DNA of 64,000 nucleotides. Origin: Hypanus sabinus (lineage: Eukaryota). Shown piece after piece: positions 12,491 through 24,435 of the stretch; the first letter of the stretch is position 1; the number at the start of each line of letters is the position of its first letter. A program made the translations under genes and the position numbers. Location of the stretch: positions 36,332,001-36,396,000 of the forward strand of contig NC_082727.1 of NCBI RefSeq assembly GCF_030144855.1, read 5' to 3'. The notes under the pieces were generated by a model. It searched no databases. It was not told the origin of the DNA and saw only the letters and a program-made list of their open reading frames with translations.

Positions 12491-12960
12491 AATGTTGAGA
12501 AGGCATGGATGGAATCACCTTCCAGACTGGGAACAGTTCTGGCTGTTCACTCGGGATTTGCCTCTCTGGGCAGAGTCTGGAAACTTCTTGGCACCATTCA
12601 AATTCCTCAAGAAAGTAAACCTGGTGCCATACACCTTGCAGCTCCCCACAACCGTGAAGATGAATCCTACTTTCCACATCTCTAAGTTAAAACTTGTCTA
12701 CACCAGCCCTGTCGCCACCCAGGTTTAACACTGAGGAGCAGGTCTTCACAGTACGAAAAAATTTGGACTCAAGGACTGTACCGGGTGTTTGGCAATACGT
12801 CATGGACTGGAAGGAATTTGGACTCAAGGAAAGGTGCTGGGTGCCTGAAAAAGACATTTTGAATCCAGTTCTCATCACGACTACCATCACCAGCTCTTCA
12901 AGCAGCCAGGACTGTCAGGAGTTGGCTGCAGGGGAGCAGGTTCCTGTTGTGTGGTCACCG
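12490..12960 (+). mobile_element. Chromovirus integrase C-terminus (GPY/F module and chromodomain) remnant
   Basis: FLAPFKFLKKVNLVPYTLQLP...NPTFHISKLK, then VFTVRKNLDSR...QYVMDWKEFGLKERCWVPEKDIL (chromodomain). Confidence 0.75.
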
Positions 12961-13687
12961 CGAAGCTGTTAAAAACCAAGTAAACGCAGCATTGCCCATG
13001 TGAAAGAAATTTTGCACAGGGAATGGCAACATTCACCTCACAATCAAATCTCCGGATCCAGAAGCATACACTGTAGTCCCTGGACTGCAAAGGCAAGAAG
13101 ATTCAGCTGCACTGTGTTCAGCATGCATGCAGTGCAATGTTATGAGTATAGTTATTTCAGGTCAAATATGATTTATTCCAGGTTAAAGTAGTTTAGTTTC
13201 AATACCTTGAAAAATATTGTGCTATGCAATGGAATTTCAGAGGAATATGCATTCAATGGAATGCATATAAATGATAGAAGCTAGGCATTTTTTTCAGAAC
13301 TGTTGTTTGGTGATGGAGTGGGTGGGTTCTAATGTACAACAATCTTGTTTTTCCAGTCTAGATTTCAACTTGGAGGCCTGCCAAGCTGTATCTAAGAAAA
13401 CAAGGCCCTTGCCAGCTCTGGGAACCTGACTGTTACAAAAGCCTCAGCCTTCCTTCCATGGAACTCTGTGAAGGGGCAAAACAGGGAAACACAAATAGTT
13501 AAAAGACTGTCTGTAATGACTGCCAGGTATGCTAAGTAGGCAGATTAAAGTTCAGCCAATCAGGTTGGGTCTGATGGGTGAAGTGATATCTTACTGGTGC
13601 TAACCGAACCTGGCTTGCAACTGGATCCAGGCAGCTCTGCGTCAACCTGCAATGTTGTTTCAGTGGCATCATTTCTTGGAAAGAACT

Positions 13688-13718
13688 GGTTTCATTTTCT
13701 AGGATAAGTTTCTATTCA
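13688..13718 (+). promoter_or_regulatory. ISRE plus adjacent partial IRF site; probable promoter of IFIT pseudogene A
   Basis: GGTTTCATTTTCT fits RGTTTCNNTTTCY and is followed by AGTTTCTATTCAC. It lies ~160 bp upstream of ACAATGAG (ATG 13852), the same spacing as in the intact genes. Confidence 0.55.
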
Positions 13719-14570
13719 CCATCAGGAAATTGTTGTCAATCTGTTAGTGCAGGGAATCAGAACACAGGACAGACTTCTCCATTGACTCAACATTAAAAGT
13801 GCATCTGAAGCTGTGAAAGAAATTCAAAGGACATTATTTCAAAGGGACACAATGAGTTGCAGAACTCTGTAAATTCTCCTGTATTTAAATTTATTTTTTA
13901 ACCATTGCACAGAGCTTGATTATGGAAGAGTGCCGAATGTATTGCTGTAACTGTAACAGGAGCACAGTGTTGGTGTTGTGCATTCATAGGCACATCATTA
14001 AAGGCAGATCAGGCTGCTTGTGTCAAAAGTAAAGCAGAGTTATTATCTCAGGCCAATAAGCTTTCATTGCAATAATTATCAGCCAGTTAAACAGATTACA
14101 GCCAAGTCAATTATTTCTACACCACCAGACAAATAAACATATCCACAACTTTCTGTTGTTATTTACACGTCTTGTATCTGCAACACTTTCTGTAACATTT
14201 TGGATGCTCAGCAGTACCAAGACATGTGAGAGTCAGACATCAGACAATCTCAGCATCACACAGACAAAAATAGACCTTTGGCCCATCACTGAAGTTGCTG
14301 CCACCTGATTGGCTGATTGGATATTTGCATTAACGAACAGGTGTTCAGGTGTGCATAATACAGTGTACATCTGGATGTATAGAGTAATAATGTAGATATA
14401 AAATAAAGGAAACATCCATTTGTGCTCTGTATATGTACAATTTGAAATTTATTCATGTGTTGTTTAAAGTTTGGAGGTCACAATAACTCTCGACGTTGTT
14501 ACATGTAATAATGAGAAGAAAAATGATTATGTATGAAGTGATGAATTTCATGAACTTTCTTCACTTGCAG

Positions 14571-15345
14571 CAATACACAGAGAGATTTGTTGAAAGAGAA
14601 GCTCGATCAGCTTCAGTGTCACTTCACGTGGGGCCCTCAGAAGGGAACCATTGACTTGGAAGATGTGATGTCCCGAGTGCAAAATGCTAGAAATCTCGGT
14701 GTGAAATATCAAGGCACATGTCATAACAAACATCACTTTCATAAATTGTCCGCAGGGAAACAATAAAGAAGCCATTCAGAACTTCAATGAAACTCTTGCC
14801 ATACTGCATTTTGCCAGAAAGCAAAGTTTTTTAATCAATGCAAGTATCACTTTGGAAAGGCATTTGAGCATTGTCCAATATCAGCTATTGAACCACAACT
14901 GGATTTTGCAGTTATAAGTGTAAGAAATGGAGAGTATTCCAATGTGAATGAGACCTACAGTGATCTTTTGAAATTAGATGATATTCATCCAGTAAGTTTG
15001 CAGAGAATACAGTATGTCTACATGCTGGGACATTTGAACCATACCAGTGAAGGTGTGAATCAAATGCCACCAGTCTATTCCTTTAAGGACTGAAGGTTGA
15101 ATATGACTCAAATGAATAAAAACAAGTGTCATGATAAATTGGAGAGGAGGACAGATCAAAAGCATTGTAAGGTTCCACATGATAGTAAGGCATTTGTTAT
15201 GAAAGTGTCACTGGACCAGCTGAATGGCAACAAGACTAAAGCTATGGAATAGTTTGAGAAGGCCTTGGAGTTCGATCATGAGAAGGAATGTCTAATGATT
15301 CATTGTGAACTCTGTCTTTCTATTGAGGAACATAACGACACTTGA
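14571..15345 (+). pseudogene. IFIT pseudogene A, copy 1 (exon 2 with large internal deletion)
   Basis: Acceptor cttgcag|C, then NTQRDLLKEKLDQLQCHFTWGPQKGTIDLEDV. It jumps near 14800 to the QCKYHFGKAF...QLDFA region and ends ...AME*FEKALEFD. Frameshifts and stops are present. Confidence 0.9.
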
Positions 15346-15454
15346 AAGATTTTTGCTTCTGCTTGATCTGAGAAGCAGTTTGTCTCACTAGTCTCACACG
15401 TATATTCTTGCAGCACATTCTTCACTGATATATTTATTTAAGTTTTTAATTTTA

Positions 15455-16476
15455 TGTAACACTCTGGTTAAGATTTTCATTGCTATTCTGTAGGTGTTTC
15501 ATTTTAGCTGTTCTGTAAGAGCAGTCCGATCTGCCTTTAGCATGTTTGGGTCTGAGCTAAAGATAATGGGCTTTGTTATTCTACTTATGAATGTTGTGTC
15601 AGCCAATCAGGTTGGAGGTGGAAATGGGACAAGGTCCCAGATTACGCTGGGAGGAGAGGTCTTTGTGACAGACTCTGGTGTGGGTCGAAGTCTTTTTTGG
15701 TGGGAGGTAGGAGAAGACAGTTGGGTAGATGTCTGAGAATGCCATTCCTATTCCACAAGGTGCTTTGTGCAGATGAATGGCTTCATGGATGACGATCCAA
15801 AAATTCTGTGAGGGAGACCACTTGTTTGACATGGATTTCGAGCATCATTCAGAAGGGGCTGTGTGCTTCCATGCAGACCATGGGTCCAAGGCATGAATTA
15901 AAGATAACTTCAAGATGTGCTCCAATGTAGGTGCACATTGCAACTGGGTTGACTGTAATGAGCCTTTTTTATATTTTTCCTTTGCTTTTTCCAACTAATT
16001 GTTCAATAAAGCAGATAGTTGAAGAACATTGAACATAGAAAACCTACAGCATAATACAGCTCCTTCAGCCCACAAAGCTGTGTCGAACATGCCCCTACCT
16101 TAGAATTACCCAGGCTTTACCCATAGCCCTCTATTTTCCTAAGCTCCATGTAGCCATCCAGGAGTCTCTTAAAAGATCCTATTGTTGCCACCTCCACCAC
16201 AGCCACCGTCTATATTCTTTACAATATACGCAGTGTACGATCTGCTACTTCTTGCTGATGGCAAAATGCATGGGATAGTATTAACACACTTCTCGCTCAG
16301 ATTTGGGGACGGTTGGTCGAAACATCCCGGCTCTACAAGTCTGGTGGGACCCAACTCATTGATTTTAGCCGTACGGAGTTCAAGAGAGGTGGTTTTCTCA
16401 CTGCTGAATACATTGGCTGGTTAGTGAGAGGCTAACCAGCCCTGTTTTTAGAGATGTACGCTCAAACTGCGTTTCA
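15455..16476 (+). mobile_element. Solo LTR with nested CR1 3' end (~16025-16210, minus strand)
   Basis: TGTAAC...GTTTCA termini, 4-bp TSD TTTA on both sides, AATAAA at 16005-16010. Confidence 0.65.
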
Positions 16477-17149
16477 TTTATTTTGAGATACAGTGTGGGA
16501 CAGGTCCTTCCAGGAAATGAGCCACACTGCCTAGAACAGGCTGAATCACAGAGCAATTTAAAATGACCAATCAACCCACGAACTGTACATCATTGGACAG
16601 TGGGAGAAAACTGGAACACCAGGAGGAAACTCAGGGAGAGAATATACAAACATCCCTTACAGGTGGTGCCAGATTTGAACTCCGAACATCCCAAACTGTA
16701 ATAGTATCACTACAGTAGCAACCATGTTTGAAAGTGTGATTTTCAAATATTAACTTTGTTATCATCATTCCCAGTCCTTGTGATTCATTGAAGATTACTC
16801 ACTCCAGTATTTAGAAACAAAAGTGGGTTTTGGGGATTTAAGTCTAAAGAAATCAACTCTGAAAATCACGATGACTCTTCGTATGAGATTCCTTCACTGC
16901 AGGTGACACGAAGGTCGGTGGTGTTATGGAGAGCGCAGAAGTGAAAGGCGCTTACTGACCATTCAGGATACAAGAGGATGCGTGTGTACTTGTTTGAGAC
17001 AATATATAGTGTATGTAAGTGTGTTTGTGTTCTTTAAGGTTAAGTCTGAATCTTTAACGTAACACACTTTTATACAACAGACATCGTAAGTTCAGTGGCA
17101 CAAAAGTGGAAGATTGCAGAGAACAAACCATGTGAATTTAAGTATGTAC

Positions 17150-18787
17150 TGTTTAATTTTTATCCATCCCACATATCTGATTCATATGGGAATTAGTTTG
17201 GAGATTTTTGAGGGAGAGGTTGGGATGGCACATATTGAAATCAGACAATGACAGGTTGCAAATCCTGATGACACGAGCCAAAACTTGACCCTGGTTACTA
17301 TCATTCACAAGTCTTTCATCAAGGGGAATAACAGAGCATTTTGTATGGACTGACCTCACTTCAAATATCTTGTGCAATTTCAGAATATTCTCGTACAAGC
17401 TTGCAAAATGATTCAGGTTCACCAGGTCATTCAAAAGATATTTTGTTGTGGTAAAAGTGAAATGCACGAGCAATCTGTGGGACAGAATAGAGCAGGGGAG
17501 AGTGGGATGGTACACGGACAACTCGTGGGAGTAACAGTAATGAGGAGAAATATTGATGCTTTAAGGTTGAAGTGAGGCAGTGACAGTGGGGAGGTGAGAG
17601 TAACTGGGGAATGATAATGCCCGTGGTTCAGAGAGCTGATGAGCCTGCCATGGATTTTGCAGAGCATAAATATCAAGCATATGAGGAACACTCCAGTTGG
17701 AAAATCTAGGGATGGCTGATCCAGTCTCCATGAAAATGCAGAATGAAGGCCTGAGCTCAACCCACCAGGAAGTTTTAGATTAGAGGATAGTTGTGAAATT
17801 GACATATTCCACCTGAGAGATAAATCACAGGAGGAGGAGGAAAGGTCATAAAGTGGCTGTAGAGGATGTTGCTGCTATGAAGACACAGTGGACATGCTTT
17901 CTGTGTCAGCAAATAGGGCACCTGGCAAGGGAGTGCCCAAATAGACATAGATTGGTAAAGGTGATGGCACAGTATGTTACAGCTAAGGTCTACCAGGGCA
18001 TAGTTAGATAACATGTCCAACAAAACAGAGAAACTTGCGAAAATCACCCACCAAAACAGGCAGAAATTATAGCAGCGCTTTCGCTGATTGACCAGATTAT
18101 TAAGTTGGGAAGTCAGCATCCAGTTCAGACAAGTAGCTGGTGGCTGCATCCATTGTCAATGCTGGTCACCCACGGATGTACACAAGCGATTTCTTTGTAT
18201 ACTAGCAACGTGATATTCCTGTGGACACTGGGTTACCAGTGAATAACTGATCCAGCTTTGCCAGTGGCTGGAGAGATGATTTACATTATGAGTGTAGAGG
18301 TGAATGAATGAGGGCAGAGAGAAGGGAGCCTCACATATTTGAGATTGAGGGATCGCAATGATGCAAGCACCGATAACTGGATCCGTTAAATTGAATGTGA
18401 TCTGTTTTCTGAAATTCAGACAACTGGAAAAGGCAACTGTGATCATGTGGCATACGGATTTTGGATCTGATCCCAGGTTTGCGATCTGGGAACTTTACCT
18501 TTATCCTGGGATCAGCAACCACTGGAGTGGGATGAGCCCACAGTATGTGAGCACTCAGTTTGATAACCCAGGATGTGATAATAATTTGAATCAAATCCTG
18601 TGGTGCTCTGTCATGTAAGAATAGGGAGCTGATTGGGAGTGAGGAAAGCAAGAATTACATGGAGGAGTTTGTCCTCTGAACAGATGACATGATTTCTGAG
18701 TTCTCCAGTGAGGAACTGACTTTTCTCAGTCAGTTCCATTTAGTGAACAGTGACAGATGTAATAACGTTTACAGCTGCTGATGAGCC
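17150..18787 (-). other. Candidate endogenous viral element: decayed Mononegavirales-like L polymerase (end of RdRp, capping/PRNTase domain, probable connector), copy 1
   Basis: Collinear motifs across frameshifts on the minus strand: ELRNHVICSE (18703-18674), TSW..KL.AH-TV-AHP (18576-18529), NLGSDP (18479-18462), GSLLSALIHS.LHS, GSVIHW* (18253-18233) and DADFPT. The part below ~18080 is assigned only by continuity. Confidence 0.6.
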
Positions 18788-19692
18788 GATAAGACCGTAA
18801 GACCTTAAAACATAACAGAATTAGGCCATTTGACCCATCAAATCTGCTCCACCATTCGATTATGCTTGATCCTTTCTCCCCTCCTCAGACTCATTCACCG
18901 GCCTTCTCCCAATAACATTTGGTACTGTGGCCAATCAAGAACTAAAAATATCTGCCTTAAGTACACCCAATGACCTGGTCTCCACAGCTGCCTTTGGTAA
19001 CAAATTCCCCAAACTCACTACCATCTGACAAAAGTAAATGTTTTAAATGAATATTTCTCTACCCTGAGGCTGTGCAGTCTTGTCCTTGACTTCCCCACTA
19101 CGAGAAACATCTTCTCTGCTTAGGCCTTTCAACATTCAAAAGGTTTCAATGAGATATCACCCATCCTTCTAAATTCCAGCAAGTACTTCCAGAGGCATCA
19201 GCTGTAACTCATACAATAAGACTTTCATTGAAACCTAGTAAACCTACAGCACAATATAGGCCATAATGCTGTGCCAAACATGGACTTACTTTCACTCCTG
19301 CAGTCAGCTTTATAACCCTCCTCTGAACCCTCTCCAATGCCAGCACATCTTAAACAAGGAGACAAAATTGTTCAAAACATTCAAGGTGAGGCCACAGCCA
19401 TGCTTTATAAAGCCACAGCTTCACATCCCTGCTGTTATATTCAACATCTCATGAAATGGACGCAAATTTTGTATTTGCCTTCCTCACCACTAACTCAACC
19501 TGCACGCTAACTTTTAGAGCGTTCTGCACAAGGGCTCCCAAGTCCCTTTGCATCCCAGATTTTTTTGATTTTCTCCCCAGTTAAGAAATAGTCTGCACTT
19601 TTATTTCTTCTTCCAAATTGCATAACCCTGTATTATCCAATATCATATTCATTTGCCACTTTCTTGGCCATTCTCCAATCTGTCTGAGTCCT
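18788..19692 (-). mobile_element. Decayed CR1 LINE 3' fragment
   Basis: (TAAGACC)-type tail at the left end and CR1 RT/3'UTR similarity on the minus strand. Confidence 0.7.
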
Positions 19693-20187
19693 GTAAACTT
19701 ACTGTTTTCTCAAAAGAGAAACTGGGAAACAAAGGCTAATTAGATTACCATTTGCTTTTGGCAACATGTCAGAATCCCAAAATCAACGGAGAAAAAGCCA
19801 TCTGGGAAAGCTTTTAATGTAGTTAAACCAAGTCAAAAGGGAATATATGTTTGGCAAATTTGCCCACCGTACAACCAACGGTTGATTATGAACAAGCAAT
19901 CACGAAACTGCATGATGCTGTCTATTAACAAGAAACAGCCCATCCCAATGCATTTCACATTCCAGGCCCGTTTGAAAAAAAACCCTGCCCAGTTTTCTCC
20001 AGCAAGTAACTTGTTGCACCAGAAGTCAAAAACACTAGTCCACTGCTACATACAACAAGGAATGCCCATCATTCCTTGCTAAAACCACGTTTTGGTTAAG
20101 TCAGATTATTTGACTGTACTCCTTCCTGCACACCGAGAGAGCCTAAAGTGGCTTGCATGGACTCTGACAATAAACTGAGCACTTGCA

Positions 20188-20580
20188 CAGGCCATGCAAT
20201 CTTCTCACTGCTGCCATCGGGAAGAGGGTACAGGAACCTTAGGTCCCACACTACCAGTTTCAAAAATATTTATTGCCCTTCAACCATCAGGCTCCTGAAC
20301 CAGTGTGGATAACTTCATTCACCTCAACTCTGAAGTGATTCCACTCAGTCAAAGTCAAAGACTCTACAACTCATTTTCACAGTATGTATGTACTTATTTA
20401 ATGACTGAGCACTTGCACAGATTGCCTCCTTTTGCATATTGGTTGTTTTCCCTGTCTTTGTGTAGCTTTTCATTGATTTTATTGTATTTCTTTCACTACT
20501 GAATGCCTGCAAGAAATCTCAGGGTAGTACATGACAATGTACATGGACTTTGAAAATAACTTATTTTGAATTTTGATAAT
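20188..20580 (+). mobile_element. Rex1/L2-type LINE 3' fragment
   Basis: GHAIFSLLPSGRGYRNLRSHTTSFKN...PSTIRLLN, with a TTTGAA-type tail. A longer version is at 45700-46230. Confidence 0.7.
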
Positions 20581-21479
20581 TAATAAATGAGTATGCAAAT
20601 TAAGATCTTACAATACTGGGGAAGCTGTTGATGAGTATTATATGACAGTAATTGAACAGAGGGCAGAGAGTTCAAATGATTTGTCCTTTATCAGTCTGAA
20701 GAAACCTAACTAGTGCAATGCTCAAAGAATCAGTCCTTGGTCCTCACTTCATCACTATCTTGCATGATGAGTTGGAGGACTATCACACTGTGGGATATTC
20801 AAGTTTGCCCTTTTTGAGGGAAGACGAGCTGCAGGGAGGCTCCTCAGAAGCTGTCACAGAATTTAGCTCCTTTCTTGTATGAAACAATAATGGTAACCAG
20901 CCAGTGCAATGAAGATGCATATGCCATTTGCCTTTTCAGTGAGGTGAGGTCACACCTGGAGTGTGGTACTCAACTTGGTAACTTTATATATGAGGATCTG
21001 GCTGAAGGGTTTCACTGGCCGGCAGTGATATTGAGGGACGGGGACACCCTCTTACAGGTGAAAAGATCCTGTGCTGTGTACCGTTTTGAGGAGCACCTGA
21101 GAAATGGCCTGCCATTGAAGACTGAGCTTGGAACAATTAAAATGTGCTGAGCTTTGGCAGCTGGCTGGCCATTGAATGTTTTGACTCACTGAACTTGTTA
21201 GACAAGCCCAGGCAAGTCATCTGCCTGTGGGGATTTGAGGGATACTAGTCTTTGTGGAGTGACCTTGTGATGCAGTGTTATTTGTCTGGTGTTTTGTTCA
21301 CCTCCTCTTCCTCAGTGAAATCTTTGATACTCTCAGCACTCCCTTGGTCCAAATTCTCAAAAGAAACAAACATTTAAAAGAAATCAGGGGCAGGAAATCT
21401 GAAACAAAAATAGAAAATGTGGTGTTTTTTGCATATAATCCACATTTTCATAAACTTGGAAGATGCTTCCATTTGGAAT

Positions 21480-22290
21480 GGGCAACAATGAAGCTGGGAA
21501 TGAAAGGGTTACCATATGAAGAGTGTTTGATGACTCAGTCTGTACACACTGAAGTTGTGAGGTTTCGTGGGGGGAGGGGTGGAATCTCATTGAAATCTAT
21601 CGAATATTGACAGGACTATATAGAGTGAAATTGGAGAGGACGTTTTCAAAAGTGGGATAGTCTAGGACCAGAGAGCTCAGCCTCAGAATAGAAAGATGTT
21701 CCTTTTAGATCCAGGGTTGAGTACACCTATCCTATCCTATTCTATCCTATCCTATCCTATTCAGCCAAACATCCTTTCCTGTCCTTGACCACCAATCTCT
21801 AAATCTGATCTCCTCAGTGATTTGAGTCTTTCAAACATATATGAGCATTGAATGCTGAGGTCCTGCCCAGTGTGTGCTGTCTCATGTTCCACCAACACAG
21901 GCCTGACATTGGCCAGGGGTGGAACGTCTTCTGCAGGATGATGATGGAAGACTCCCTCTACAGATAAAACTGACGACACTTACCCAGCAGATGCTCTACG
22001 TCAGGGGAACAGGACTAAGAAAAACCACTCCATCTGTACACTACAATCAGTTAATCAGAAGCAAACACTGTCACCTCTGCCTTTAACTGATGCCATTGTC
22101 TTGGCCATGCAGTGGAAGGTGAAGTCCTTCGAATGGAAGACCACGTCCAGAGTGCCAGCAGTGAGCCATCTTTCCGTGAAGCACAGTACACAGCAGTCTC
22201 TGATGTACTCCAACCTTGCTCTGAGTTTCTCAATCTTATTTTCCAAATTGTGAACATTAGCCAGGAGGATGGTGGGTTTGGTACTCAGGG
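21480..22290. mobile_element. CR1 RT remnant (+, 21480-21710), (CCTAT)n microsatellite (21726-21760) and Rex1-type endonuclease N-terminus (-, 22050-22290)
   Basis: MKGLPYEECL...(CR1) and ILLANVHNLENKIEKLRARL..IRDCCVLCFTERWL (APE domain). Confidence 0.65.
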
Positions 22291-23616
22291 CCACATGTTA
22301 CCTGAAACTCATCCAGGCTGGAGTGTTTTCTTAAAGGGAAGCTGCACTCACTACTCCAGTGGTCTGCAGACAAGTCTTCTGATTTTGAAGATCAGATTTT
22401 ACAAACCTCTAATAACAATGTTGCTTATGGAAATACCACCAGATGTGATTGTAGATTCCAGCTGTAGTAGTCCTAATTGGGAATATTTCATGTTTCCTTT
22501 CAGAGCTGCACAGACACATTTTGCCACTCTCCAGCACCATGTTACCAACCAAGAGCATCATCTGGCTGGACATCCAACTTTGTCTGAACACAGGAGCCCA
22601 GATGTCCACATTCATCATTCCTACAAGTGAACCAATTTTCACCAAATACTTGCAGAAAATTTTAACTGAATCTCATTCACATGTACCAGCTGCTGCCAAC
22701 ATCTTGATTTTCTGCATTTTATCTGGTCAACTGGCAATTGAAACAGGGAGACTACAGTACAAATTTGCTATTGCTGTATTTGACCAGAAAGATCATTCAC
22801 CTAGACCAGGTGTGGAGGGAGAGCCGGATCCCCAGGAGGAGAAGGAAACAAAAGGTTAGACCTGGATCAGCGCTTCAGAGGGACAACTGAGCAACACCAT
22901 GAGACAATTCACCGTCTCCAACACAATGTCCCCACTAAGCCACAACTGAGAGTCCTCTTTAAATAAAGATAGACTGCAGGAAACTTGTTCCAGCCACAAT
23001 TAACTTGACAAGATTATATCAAAAACACAAGTTCTTAACCACTCTAGTTAAGATATTGATTAGTAAATACAGTTGCTCAAATACCCAAGGCAGCAAGCTG
23101 CAGGGCTCAAGATAATTTCTTTTAGGAATACAGCATGGAATAGGACTTTCCAGCCCTTTGAGTCGTGCCATCTAGCAACTTGCAATTTACCACTAGCCGA
23201 CAGTGGACACTAACACTGCAATGACCAATTATCTACTAACTTGTACATTTTTGGATGTTTGGAGGAAATTAGAGCAGCCGGAGAAAATCAACACATTTCA
23301 CGGGGATGAAGTTAAAAGTCCTTACACAAACACCCAGATTGAATTCCAAACTCTGAAGCCCGAGCTGTAATAGTGTTGTGCTAAATGCTGTGTGACTGTG
23401 GCACCCCATGGTGTTTTAAATAATTAAAACTCAAATGCAAATTTAATTAAAATCTTTAAAATATTATAGTTTAAAAATGTAACTAGAAAGTGAAATTTAA
23501 AAAAAATCAACCAAAAAGGTGTCATTTATTTTATGACTGAAACTCAGCTACCTCATTCATATACTTTAGACCACGCTAGGTACTCCAGCTATGTGTTCTG
23601 TTGTGTAGGATGGAGG

Positions 23617-23825
23617 TGATGTACCATCAATAACTCTCGGAGATGGGAAGCAAATGACAGGCTTTTATTAGCTGCAAGAAACGACCACATAACATCCTGG
23701 TGACTGAGGGGGGAGCAGTGACTCCAATCGCCTTTATACAGGGGTCTGTGGGAGGAGCCACAGGAACAGTCAGCGGGGGGGGGGGCAGGGGGGCATGTCC
23801 AGACAGGTATATGTAGTTCACCACA
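23617..23825 (-). mobile_element. Short solo LTR
   Basis: Minus strand TGTGGTGAAC...GTACATCA, with internal TATAAA followed by AATAAA. The TSD is only weakly preserved. Confidence 0.55.
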
Positions 23826-24435
23826 GGCGATCCAGTGTTCTGTTGTGCCAAGACCAAGGTCCAATGTTCTGTTATCCTCAGAATATCCACACCGTAGTCT
23901 GGAGACACAGAAACAAAGCACATGCCAACCTGTGAGGTTGAAAACAATCTTTCTTATTCAAATTGCCAACAAGAGGTGATTTTGTTCCAGGTCATTTTCC
24001 TTTCTGAAAGAGCTGTTTGATCAGGTGTATTTTAACATCTCTTTTTGGCAGAAGTTGTATCATTCATACATTCTTAATCAATCTAAGAATCAGTAAGTCC
24101 AGACCAAATCAGTCTCTGGAGTACTTTAGTTACAATTTCTGGAAAGACTGGGAGTTCATCTCCTACTTAATTAATATAATGGGGCACTATTTCATAAAAC
24201 TTGAGGAAATAGCTCCAGAGATTCAAGATTTTAAAGTGCAAGTGATTCAGGAAAAAATATAACTACTTTGTAATCATAGATTGTTGCCTATCACTACAAT
24301 ATTTAGCAGGTCTAACAATAGTGCCTCTGATTTTTACATTAGATATCAGTCTGGTGGGCATGGTGAAGGCACACAGCAAGAGGTAAACACCCTTGCTTAT
24401 TGATATTGGACCATGGCATAAAAAGGTTGGAATCC

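Noticed and set aside
21726-21760. (CCTAT)n and other short repeats as a CRISPR-like or functional array
   Set aside because: A simple microsatellite without spacers, contracted in unit 2, in a eukaryotic context.
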